From contig NC_068988.1 in NCBI RefSeq assembly GCF_001194135.2, positions 46,485,942 to 46,518,398 on the forward strand: 32,457 bases of DNA. Direction: 5' to 3'. The notes under the pieces were generated by a model that made no database searches, was not told where the DNA came from, and saw nothing but the letters and a program-made list of their open reading frames with translations. Both the position numbers and the translations under genes were made by a program. Shown in pieces: positions 1 through 10,330 of the stretch. This DNA is from Octopus bimaculoides. Lineage: Eukaryota. Every line of letters begins with the position of its first letter. The stretch's first letter is position 1.

Positions 1-734
1 ATATATATATATATAATAGCATATATGAGCATAGAACGTCACCAACGTGTGTGTGTGTAGCTATCTATCTATCTATATATATATACACACACATGCACGC
101 ACAAGCACACACATGTATATTTATATATGCATACAATATTTTTTAAAATCTCAAATGCAGGAGAAGAGATGTGAAAATCGAGTAAAGATACCCCCTATAG
201 ATAGAAAATAATGGCCAGCAGCCGCTATCCTTATGGTGTTTTGAAGTTTTTGTTTTAATACGAACACCTAGCTTAATTTCAAACTTTTTCTGTTGTTTAA
301 TCTACACGCATGTCATATATATCTGAATATCATTTCGCATTTCCCTTTGATCTTTTGTTTTCCGTATTTGTTTTTTAGGTGACACCTCATTGACTCAATA
401 TCCTATCCTACAAAACGGGATATTTAACCTCGATATTCTTATTTAATGTTACTTCATAAAATCTACTTGAAATTACCCGTTTAATCATAGTCAATAAATC
501 TGATATAAGAAGAGAATCTATGTCATTACTGAACTGAAACTCACCCAATTTAGCAACTTAATCTTTCTGAACAAGAACTTTGTTTCAGAACCAACTCGAC
601 TCTGGAGATGCTTATTGTTAGTCACTAAACTTCTTCAATGTAACTACAAAATATCTCCTAACAAACGGCTTAACCACGCAAGGAAATTTTATTTATTGGT
701 ATTCTTACAGTTTATTTAAAAATAAAGTAAACTT

Positions 735-783
735 GGCGGTGCATCAGCATGGCCGCAGCTCTAAGCTGAAACTATAAAAAAAA
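735..783 (+). mobile_element. 3' tail fragment of tRNA-derived SINE family A
   Basis: GGCGGTGCATCAGCATGGCCGCAG...CTGAAACTATAAAA matches the tails of the longer family A copies (about 4209-4274 and 30719-30770). Confidence 0.7.
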
Positions 784-836
784 ATATTAAAGTTAATGCT
801 TTGTTCATATATAAAAATTATTGACGTGTTACTAAC

Positions 837-1500
837 GTTTCGTTTCATTGCAATAATGTACAACAGAACATATCTACAGGTTCTTTTATCCAACACGATA
901 TTTTACGACAACGATTGTAAACAATTCGTTTGTATAATATCCGCATGGACAGAAAGGAAAGAGTAGCTCGAAAAACGTTTTAATTCTTGTCGGAGTCGAC
1001 CTCAGAATCTGTGTACTACCCTTAACTGTCCGCAAGCACATAGATTATAAACCCACTAATATTAGAGGTTTAAGGTAAACTAGACAGATCTATTTTCATA
1101 TTTAACGCTTTTTCTTTTGCTTGCGAGATGGAACATTAAATTATTTGTGTCAACAGTGTTTCGTTTCATTGCCATATGTCTATCGATTTGATGGCCAACA
1201 TTGTGTTACGACAACTGTAAACAATTATACAGTACAATAAGTGCAAAATCGTACGAACAGCTCTCTACTCATTTTCTGCCCACGCGCACTGATATTGTCC
1301 AGACAAATTGATTACAACTTTCATAATGTAGAGTGTTAGATAAAAAAAAAATCACATATATTTCTGTGTGTGCGTGTGTATGTGTGTGTGTGTGTGTGTG
1401 CATGTGTGTGTGTGTGTGTGTATGTGTAGGTTGTTAGATTAAAACAAATATATATGCTATTGACATTCTATTGCACATTATAGAAATGAAACGAAACACT
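837..1500. repeat. Three diverged copies of a GTTTCGTTTCATT-led unit (two direct, one inverted)
   Basis: GTTTCGTTTCATTGC at 837-851; AGTGTTTCGTTTCATT at 1155-1170; its exact reverse complement AATGAAACGAAACACT at 1485-1500. TTACGACAAC..TGTAAACAATT follows both direct copies (about 903 and 1207). Confidence 0.65.
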
Positions 1501-1946
1501 TTTGAGTCTAAACATCGGAGTTTGTTCCAAAATGGACAAGTTTGAACGTTTAGACTCAGATCATAAGAAAAAATTATGTGCGTTGGAGCAAATTATTTTA
1601 GGACAATTCAAGAATTATGTTGGCATCATTTCAATAGTAATTTCAATGACTTATTTTATCAAAGAAATTGGCATGTTTTTATTTCGTAAAATAAGGATTA
1701 TTAGTCCACGGCGAATCCTATGTAGTCTGGTTCATATATCAATTGACCAACAGGAAACACAAGTTTCTGCTAATGGTGGTAATTCCCCTACTGTTGTCCG
1801 AAACAAACAGAATAAAAACGAAGTCCTTATATAATAACGTGAGTTTTTCAGCGTGATCTGACATTTGGGTTTTGCAACAGGTAAAAATTTTGTGCAGAAA
1901 ATATTCCAAGATTTTGTTTGTAACCTCACCATCTTCGTCGTAGGTA

Positions 1947-2156
1947 TCAAATTTTGGCACAAGGTCAGCAACGTCGGGGAGGGGTAAGATGACTGTTTAC
2001 ATCGACTACAGTACTCCACAGGTGCTTATTTTATCAACTGTGAAAGGATAAAAAGCAAAGTCGATCTCGGCGAAATTTCAACTCAGAACATAGAAACGGA
2101 CGAATTGACGTTAAGTATTTTTCCCGGCGTACCAATGTTTCTATCAGATCGTTGCC
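1947..2156 (-). mobile_element. tRNA-derived SINE family B
   Basis: Collinear with copies at 5218, 5448, 21156 and 25308 (TCAAATTTTGGCAC tail; AAAGTCGA..CGGCGAAATTT.AACTCAGAAC, the reverse complement of a B-box GAGTT.AAAT region). Confidence 0.85.
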
Positions 2157-2172
2157 TTGTTCTAGCCTATTA

Positions 2173-2331
2173 ATGCACCCCGTAACTAAGTGGTTTGTGA
2201 AAAGAGACCGATAAAATAAATACCAGGCTTTAACAAAATAAGTACTGGGATCGATCCATTTGACTAATAAATCTTCATGGCGGTGCCCCAGTATGGCTGC
2301 GGTCTAAGGACCGAAAGAAGTCAAAAGAAAA
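2173..2331 (+). mobile_element. 3' half of a SINE family A variant
   Basis: CCCGTAACT.AG.GG...AAAAGAGACCGATA..ATAA.TAC.AGGCTT...AATAAGT...GGCGGTGCCCCAGTATGGCTGCGGTC aligns with 4119-4235. Confidence 0.75.
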
Positions 2332-2692
2332 GAAGATATAGAACAATCTTTCCTGAGTAAGCAACTTGAATATTTCAAGCAAATAACCTTTCTCTAGATT
2401 TAAAAATCTGTACCAACATGATACTGATATTGTTGAGAGATCGTATACGAAGAGGTAAAAAGATAACAACACACTCCTTAATTATGCTGTAGTGATGTCA
2501 GTATGTGACAACGTACAATTTCACAATTGCATGCGATAAAAAGGGGTCACCATCTTGTACGTAAAACGACAGGAAAAGTACGAATTTGTGAGACGTTCAT
2601 AATAATTCATAACATATTTATTACTGGATGTAATGCGTTAACATATAAGAATGGTTTGAAAGAAAAAGCTTGTACATATTACACGAACATAC

Positions 2693-2801
2693 TTTGCAAG
2701 CACATGTCTCAGAGCAAATGAGGCGAATATGTGCGTGCGGTAGTGTGTGCAAGTGGTGTAGCTCAAGTCGTACGCCTTGGAACCGACAGGCAAAAAGGCG
2801 C
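2693..2801 (-). other. Candidate non-coding first exon of a minus-strand transcript
   Basis: The start is estimated as about 30 nt below the TATA box. The exon ends at a strong donor CAAA|GTATGT (GT at 2692-2691). The region is CpG-rich. No transcript evidence is available. Confidence 0.35.
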
Positions 2802-2822
2802 ACGAAATTAGAATTGCTTTCG

Positions 2823-2831
2823 CTTTATATA
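2823..2831 (-). promoter_or_regulatory. TATA box (TATATAAAG on minus strand), about 55 bp downstream of the HSE
   Basis: Plus strand CTTTATATA. Its position relative to the HSE fits a minus-strand heat-shock promoter. CCGGAAAT (ETS-like) lies between them at 2841-2848. Confidence 0.5.
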
Positions 2832-2884
2832 AGGAATGAACCGGAAATTTCTGACTTCCACGACATCCAGAAGTTAATTGAAAG

Positions 2885-2914
2885 CTTCTAAAATATTCGA
2901 GAATTTTCGAGAAG
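2885..2914. promoter_or_regulatory. Heat shock element (HSF-binding site): six alternating nGAAn/nTTCn pentamers, five perfect
   Basis: cTTCt aAAAt aTTCg aGAAt tTTCg aGAAg in uninterrupted 5-bp phase; matches the established HSE consensus. Confidence 0.7.
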
Positions 2915-3646
2915 GTCAAGGGAGATTACTCTCGTTAGATCCCTTTTTCGTTTTGCTTTACTGCTTGACCGTCAGAGGTCACTACGATGTAAAAAGAGGT
3001 ATTTCATTTCACCCTGCAGACTAACTAACCACACTTTTCCTTATGTAACGAAGGATTTCTTTTTTACATGGTGCTTACTCTCTGGTGCAATAAATGAATT
3101 TGGAAATAATGTTTTTTTCTTCCATCATGTCCTCAGCGTAATATATGCGAAGAAGGTAAAATAGATTTCCAAACGTAATTAATCAACAAGTTATTAATCA
3201 ACTTTTCCATCATTAAATAATAAATCAGTCATGAAGAATATCATTTTTATTTATTTATTTATTTATTACATATACATGCTCATCGAAAACTACACATACA
3301 CGCATACATATTCATATCTACATATGTATATATTTTTAAATAAATATGTTTGTGTGTATAGATATAGATAGATAGATATATGCATAAACATATATGCATA
3401 AACATATATGCATAAGTACATATATGTGCCTACAAACACAAGTAATATATATATATATATATTTGTTTTAAGCATTTGGCTGGAACCATGCTAGATTTTA
3501 AGCTATTGCAGTGCTTGGCCCTGACATTAGATGGAATGAACGGTAACCTTGGTACAATGCAATGGCGTCCAGTATAACACTCTATGCCTAAATAGGATAC
3601 GAGTCCATCTAGAATTTTCTCTATGTAGATTATATATATGTATATG

Positions 3647-3690
<44 letters not shown>

Positions 3691-3698
3691 TGGCTATA

Positions 3699-4274
3699 GG
3701 CGCAGGAGTGACTGTATGGTAAGTAGCTTACTTACCAACCACATGGTTCCCGGGTTCAGTCCCACTGTGGGAAATCTTGGGCAAGTGTCTTCTACTATAG
3801 CCTCAGGCCGACCAAGGCCTTGTGAGTGGATTTGGTAGACGGAAACTGAAAGAAGCCAGTCGTATATATATATATATATANNNNNNNNNNNNNNNNNNNN
3901 NNNNNNNNNNNNNNNNNNNNNNNNNNNNNNNNNNNNNNNNNNNNNNNNNNNNNNNNNNNNNNNNNNNNNNNNNNNNNNNNNNNNNNNNNNNNNNNNNNNN
4001 NNNNNNNNNNNNNNNNNNNNNNNNNNNNNNNNNNNNNNNNNNNNNNNNNNNNNNNNNNNNNNNNNNNNNNNNNNNNNNNNNNNNNNNNNNNNNNNNNNNN
4101 TGCTGGTGTACTTACGTCCCGTAACTTAGCGGTTCGGCAAAAGACACCGATAGAATTAGTGCTAGGCTGACAAAGAATAAGTCCTGATGTTGATTTGTTC
4201 GACTTAAGGCGGTTCTCCAGCATGGCCGCAGTCACATGACTGACACAAATAAAAGAATAAAAGAATAAAAGAAT
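3699..4274 (+). mobile_element. tRNA-derived SINE family A, near full length, with internal (TA)n and assembly gap
   Basis: Head GGCGCAGGAGTGACTGTATGGTAAG (A-box-like) and GGGTTCAGTCCC (B-box-like); CORE-like CTTGGGCAAGTGTCTT; (AAAAGAAT)n tail; collinear with 30374-30770. Confidence 0.9.
3881..4100. other. Assembly gap (N run) adjoining (TA)n; further gaps at 16198-16425, 19081-19547, 23595-24032 and 30432-30441
   Basis: N characters in the sequence; the four large gaps abut (TA)n microsatellites. Confidence 0.99.
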
Positions 4275-4391
4275 ATATATAGGACATTTAAACCTCTTAT
4301 AGGGATATTTATCCAAGATACACTGGTTTAATATGTGATATTTTGAAGAGATATTTCTTCAATGAATATATAGTATAAAATATCCTAAAAT

Positions 4392-4431
<40 letters not shown>

Positions 4432-4547
4432 GTACGTGTGTGTATACTTTCACAGAAATAAACAAAATCTCCACGAAATGAATTGGAATAACAACAACGT
4501 TAATAGCTGCGTATCGATCTTTAATAAAATACTGTATGTTTTTACTC

Positions 4548-5200
4548 TTCCACTTACTGATTGCATCTGCAAAGTGCAGGTTAGCCGGTCTCTTTGCTTG
4601 AAACTCTTAGTCTTCCCTGATTGTCTCTTAGACAGTTACTAACATAACCAAGTGTACGAAAAATTATTGGCATAAATGTGAGTTTTTATAAATTTACGAT
4701 AGGAGTAGTGGTGCTGCAGGTTTCTAACCAGTTAGCCTTCGATACTTTCTTTCTTGCTTTTGTCAGAATAGATGTCTACATGTACAGAGCAGCTAAACTC
4801 TATGGTGCGTTGCTTTCGAGTCGAAAATAACTTTTCGGTATATAACACGTTTGGTAGAAGTTTTAACAAGAATGTTCCACCAACATTCATCGATATGTAT
4901 TAATAGGGATGTAATCCATAGTGCTGGTTATGTTTGTCCCAGGGCAGTTTATTTTTGCGGACGGCATTGTATATTGTATTAGCAATAATTTCCTGTCGCA
5001 ACAGAAAGAGTTACCTCGATGTAGTTTTTAGGTCACTGCTAATTACATTTGTAATATCCTCCACGAAAGAGTGATTTGGTGGGGTTTCGATACTCTGTTT
5101 GCTCATGAAATATTTCGTAGCTGTAACCCACTCTTGGGCAGTAAAAGTATTGCTTTCGCGATGTGATGGGATTTAGTGGTCACGGGTAAGAAAAGAGTGG
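4548..5200 (-). pseudogene. Decayed non-LTR retrotransposon ORF2 fragment (AP-endonuclease C-terminus plus EN-RT linker; I/Jockey-like)
   Basis: Manual minus-strand translation with frameshifts gives RDH*IP (SDH-like), then QEWVTATKYF..FVEDITNVISS, DECWWN (PWWN-like) and ILTKARKKVSKANWLETCSTTTP.VNL*KL..LRDNQGRLRVSSKE. This is the motif order typical of this linker. Confidence 0.5.
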
Positions 5201-5217
5201 TTACATATTAATACTGA

Positions 5218-5421
5218 TTTCAAATTTTGGCACAATGCCAGCAGTTTTGAGAGAGTGATTACATCGATCCCGGTACTCAACTTGTACTTATTTTACCGAC
5301 CCCGAGAGAGTGAAAGGCACAGTCGACTTCGGCAGAATTTGAACAATGAATGTAAAAACTGATGAAATACCGCTAAGCATTATTATTATGCCCGGCGCGC
5401 TAACGATTCTGCCAGCTCGCC
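5218..5421 (-). mobile_element. SINE family B, full-length copy with CpGs retained
   Basis: TTTCAAATTTTGGCAC...GTCGACTTCGGCAGAATTTGAAC...CCCGGCGCGCTAACGATTCTGCCAGCTCGCC. Confidence 0.9.
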
Positions 5422-5447
5422 ACCTAACAATTCATATTAATATACGA

Positions 5448-5593
5448 TTCAAATTTTGGCACAAGGCCAGTAATTTCAGGGGAGGGGATAAATCGCTTAC
5501 ATTGACCTCAGTGCTCAGCTTGTACTTATCGAACCCGGAAGGACGAAAGGCAGATTTGACCCCGGCAGAATTTGAACTCAGAACGTAATGACG
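5448..5593 (-). mobile_element. SINE family B, 5'-truncated copy in tandem with the previous one
   Basis: TTCAAATTTTGGCACAAGGCCAG...GACCCCGGCAGAATTTGAACTCAGAACGT. Confidence 0.88.
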
Positions 5594-5687
5594 TAGAGCA
5601 AACTTATTCAGAGTACATAAACTCAAAAAATTAGAGGGGAGAAGACATTATAAGTCCGACATCTGTTCGACTTGAGATCATCAGAGC

Positions 5688-5779
5688 GTAAGCTCAAATC
5701 ATTTGAGCGCTACTAAGCGTTTTCTATATTGTGATTCTCTTCATCTCATCTATTGACTCTTTACCCTTTAAGTTTTTCT

Positions 5780-5849
<70 letters not shown>

Positions 5850-6105
5850 CATGGTTGTTTATCATCTGAATATTTTGCTGTGCCTTCTCTTTTTACGTAT
5901 ATATGTTTTGTAGATTGAAGCCCAAGGTTTTATCTGTTTATTTGAACCATTGTCTCCATATCTGCTCACTTGGATTCCTCTTATAGCCACACTTGACCCT
6001 GCGGACTTGGTCCTCAGTGAAGATGTCGGAATGTAAGTTCAAATCATTTGAGCGCTACTAAGTGTTTTCCATATTGAAACTCTATTGATCTTAACTATTG
6101 ACTCT
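5688..6105 (+). repeat. About 73-bp diverged direct repeat (5688-5760 and 6033-6105) flanking a (TA)n tract
   Basis: GTAAG.TCAAATCATTTGAGCGCTACTAAG.GTTTTC.ATATTG...CTATTGACTCT occurs twice. Confidence 0.8.
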
Positions 6106-6130
6106 GTCTTTACATATATTCACACGCTTA

Positions 6131-6162
6131 TGTATACATACATACATACATACATACATACA

Positions 6163-6194
<32 letters not shown>

Positions 6195-6195
6195 C
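6131..6195. repeat. (CATA)n microsatellite; other simple repeats include (CA)n 3648-3687, (TA)n 5783-5843, (CAGA)n 9495-9568, (GAT)n 19838-19890, (TG)n 20518-20568, (TA/TG)n 22960-23340, (AAT)n 25015-25110 and (CA)n 32342-32383
   Basis: Directly visible periodicity; boundaries approximate. Confidence 0.95.
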
Positions 6196-7084
6196 TTATG
6201 TATGTATGTAAATATGTGCGCGTATATATATATATAGATATATATATATCCATGTGTGTACAGCAATATTATTTGTGATATGCTAACTTTTGTATTCGTT
6301 TCTTATTTCTCAATTTCTTAAAATTTCGTAATATATCATTCTATCATCCTAATATGCGTTTGTTTAATTTCACGTGTGTTGTACATTTATGTGTCTGTGA
6401 GTAAATTTTGTACACTTTATTTCCTCAATGGTCATTTTAATTATAAACGTAAATGTCAATTAATTTGTCTGCATAGAGATATTAATAAATCAAGTTTTCA
6501 TAATTGGAACTTGATAAATTTCCGTGCAAATACACACATAAACACAAACACAGAGATTGAATGAATAATTATTCACACCAATACGTGTATGTATACATAT
6601 GTAGTAATATATGTGTGTGTATATACATGCAGACGCACACACATATATTTATGATAATGCATACACACAGATATATATGTATATATGCATGTAAAAACAT
6701 ATATTACGTGTATATGTATAGAAAAGTGTAATGAAAGATATATTATGTGCTACTACATCAGAGACAGGGAGAACTCAATACGCTTTTAATGTAAAAATAT
6801 GTTATGGAAAATGAAAGTTCAAAACCTCATAGTCATTAAGTGAGATTCTTTCCCTTACAACATTCCATATATTAACATGAGGAGTTTTTTTTACTGAGAT
6901 AAAGAGAATTGTGACATAAACCTTGCAATTAACCTATAGAGCCGCACAAGTAGTTTTCGGTCTTTTTCCCCCAAAGGGTTTTTCACTCAGTATATTACAC
7001 GCAATCATCTATACCTATGTTCACATTGAGACATTTAAACTGATTCATATATCTATGTGTGCGTGTTTGTGTGTGTATAGGAAG

Positions 7085-8130
7085 AGATGTGGAGGGAGGA
7101 AAATAAATGTGGTATATGTGTGTAGCTAAGAGATTCATTTCAAACTTAGTCGGTTCAGGTTGCTAAAAGGAGGGGATCCAACCATAGAAATATTATCTTA
7201 GTAAGTTTCGTCTGACACATGCCGGCATGGGTTGGAAATATCATCCAAATCTGAGTTAGTTCTTATATAAAGAATCATTACTCTTCTTGGTGGACTGGAA
7301 GACCACATCTCACTTGCACTTGCGATGTCTGTTTGTAAATATGAGACTGAGATACTGGTGGCAACTTAGGTTTATAGAAATGTATGATACACCATTTTGA
7401 TTCTGAAGAATTATTACGATAGTATATGTTTAAGACTAGCTTCAGCTCTTCATAATGTCTAAGGAATTGTTGCAAAGTTGCTAGGTGTTGGTACCTGGAC
7501 TGTGTAGAAAGATTGGTACATTTGGGTGTTGGTATATGAGTGGCTGAGAATAGTTTGCTAAGGAAAGTGAAAGAAAAATGCTGTTAGTGGAATGTCAAAA
7601 GGATTTTTCTATATTGTTAAGCCTAGCTGGCTCTAGGTATAAGAGTTTTACTGTAAAAGGGTGTTCAGGTGTTAGAGATGTTTGTATATTAGTACTGTTG
7701 TGTAATGGAGAATAAGTGCATGGAAATTTGTAGAAAGAATATAGGTAAAGAATAATGTGCCCAGTTGATAATCAGTTACCCAAAACACTTTGTGACTTGA
7801 AGTGTTCCGGATTTTTAAATGATTAGCTTGAGTATGGCACCCAAGCATAAATACTTTATCCATTACATCTATGACAGTAAATGCATATAGCATGAAGGTA
7901 GTTGTATATACACTTCATATACTATACAGTGAACGTATTCGGAATTCCTTTTATTGTTAAAAATGTTTGCTTGCTTCCTGGTTATCAGTTCTTATATTGG
8001 CATATGCTCCTTACAATGCCGAAGAATCCTATTAATGAACTCGAGTTCTTCAAGTTCTTCATGTTTTACTTTATGCTTTTTCGCTCTCTCTTTCATCAAA
8101 TTCTGTTCACCTTCAACAATATGTGTGTGT
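7085..8130 (-). mobile_element. Unassigned decayed coding-like element, possibly a Penelope-like retroelement 3' region
   Basis: Interrupted but protein-like minus frames (ERAKKHKVKHEELEELEFINRILRHCKEHMPI*ELITRKQANIFNNKR; QQFLRHYEELKLVLNIYY...KPKLPPVSQSHIYKQTSQVQVRCGLPVHQEE*), followed by a degenerate GAUGA-hairpin-GACGAAAC motif. No RT or GIY-YIG motif was recognised. Confidence 0.3.
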
Positions 8131-9521
8131 ACACATATACAGTTCACCTATTTTCCTAGGTTAAGCAGATAATAAGTAGCTGTAGTAGAGCGAGACAACA
8201 CAAAGACGACGGGTTAAAGATTTTCATGACCTTGCATACTCGCAAAAGAACTTTAGCGACCCTCATATAAAACTTACTAAGCATTTTCTGCATATGCATC
8301 CAAATTCTAACTATACGACGCCAGTATCCTTAAGTGCCTAGAGCAGTGAATAAACATACACACAATATCTGCTGCATTTAAGTAGCAACATTTCACAGGA
8401 CTGAGTAGAAGTATAACCAAGTATTCATCCACAGCTACATCAAAATTATGAAAGCATACACTAGTTTACCAACAGTAAATAAGAGATCTTGTGTAGTGAT
8501 ATGGCTAATGAGAAAGTGCAGTTAAATATGCCTTAAATCAATCCTATTGCAAAAAGAAGTTACGTTGGTGTATGGGGCCTTAGGGCCCTTGAAAATTGAA
8601 AAGGACGGGATAATAACGACTGGAAAGCCCTTGATCCTATGCCGGTTCACTTGCAGTTACACTTGGGCTAAACTGTAATAACATCAAAAAGCCGATCCAG
8701 TGGGTAAAACGCCAGCTGTTCCAATTCAATGTTCAACAAGAATCTTATGACATGTGCAGCAAATTAATTCTTCTCATTAATCAGCAAACGCTTTCATAAT
8801 TAAAAGTAACAATATAAATGTCAGATATAGTGACTGCAATGACGTCTATGAGATAAATCATTTCCTTGAATAACAACAGAATTCTTCAGCACAATACAAA
8901 CCGAAGAAATAAATGTAAAGATAAAAAGTAGTTGCTGGAACATTGAGTCGTATCACTTGGATAATCAGTATATGAGTAACTGCAAAATGTATCGGGCCCC
9001 CAAAACTTAAAATAGTATTAATAATTTTATCTTACAACGACATGACAGAAAGCTCATTGAAGAGCTGTACTTGTCACAACACAAGACTTTTCAAAACGCA
9101 GTCGTAAAGAAAATGTGTCGAGACGCATCTAAAGAAAAAAACAAAACATGAGAGTGAGTCTACTGATATCGCATGATGCTTCTTATACTGCTTCAACCCA
9201 CTCAAAACCTTGCAATATATGTTTAATTGAAAATGATGTATAATACATACCAATAACGAACAGAAACAGGAAAATGGAATTAATCTTGACTTTTTGTTAT
9301 CAATTTTGAAGACAATAGGCAAAACACAAAAAAAATGTCACCTGACTTAACATATGACAAACTGTTGCCATTTGCTTCAACAAATAAGATGAATATCTCC
9401 TGAAGATCGCCGTATCCAAATTCCTGGATTCTTGAATGAAATAATGATACAGATGTACTATACACACACTTATGTACACATATGCGCATACATACATACA
9501 GACAGACAGACAGACAGACAT

Positions 9522-9567
<46 letters not shown>

Positions 9568-10138
9568 GTACGTACATGCACATGCACATTCACATACGAG
9601 TCAACTATGAATTCAATCTTCATCTCCCGAAGCTTACTCAAACACTGATCAAAACACAGAGTTTGTAGACATTTATACAGAAATATTTCAATAATGGTAT
9701 GAAGTTGAGGAGATTTACTTATGTAAGATATGTTTAGTAAATTTGGCTTACTGTCAGATAGTGATAGTAAATTAAATTTTAATCTATAGATTTGAAATGG
9801 CCTTTAAATAGACTATATAAATGCGCGTGTGTGCGTCTTAAATACATTATCGTATAGCTGTTATAGCGTACAATACAATCGCATATAGTTAAATTTGGTT
9901 ATAAGATTATAAGGTTAAAACTTTTATACATGATTTCATTACCTCATCTGTTCATATACTTCTTGATTTTATATGCATACGATATAGAATGTAACAAGCA
10001 GGCAAAGTTGTTAGAGCCTTGAACACAATATTTCGCGATATTTGTTTCAATTCTCTGTTTTGAGTTCAAATGCTGGCCAAGTCAATAATGTCTTTTCGTA
10101 GTGGGTAGATTAGCGGAATTGTTAGGCAAGAGAACTGT

Positions 10139-10330
10139 TAGGCGTGAAGGCATGTGGTTTAATGGTGAAAGCTTTCGGCTGACGCTCGTAAGGTTACGAG
10201 TTCAATTCCCGGTGACGCGTTGTGTCCTTGAGCATGACGCTTTATTTCACGTTGCTCCAGTTCACTCAGCTGGCAAGAATGAGTAGTACCTGTATTTTAA
10301 AGGGCCAGTTTTGTCACACGCTGTGTCACA
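10139..10330 (+). mobile_element. tRNA-derived SINE with clear Pol III boxes and a CORE-like central domain (family D)
   Basis: A box TGGTTTAATGG at 10155-10165; B box GAGTTCAATTCC at 10198-10209; then TTGTGTCCTTGAGCATGACGCTTT...CTCCAGTTCACTCAGCTGGCAAGAATGAGT, resembling the CORE-SINE domain. Confidence 0.75.

Noticed and set aside
1503-1558. Hairpin TGAGTCTAAAC...GTTTAGACTCA with inner partial pairing
   Set aside because: Single 11-bp stem with no second copy, TSD or RNA-family motif.
1502-1960. Overlapping ORFs 1502..1834 (+), 1739..1960 (-) and 1732..2019 (-)
   Set aside because: Non-ATG or SINE-derived starts, no recognisable domain, mutual overlap; not supportable as CDS.
2752-2800. 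tRNA-like GGTGTAGCTCAAG
   Set aside because: No B box or cloverleaf downstream.
5650-5690. CUGAUGA on minus (5684-5678) followed by GAAC..GUC
   Set aside because: No stem II, incomplete GAAA core and poor stem I; not called a hammerhead.
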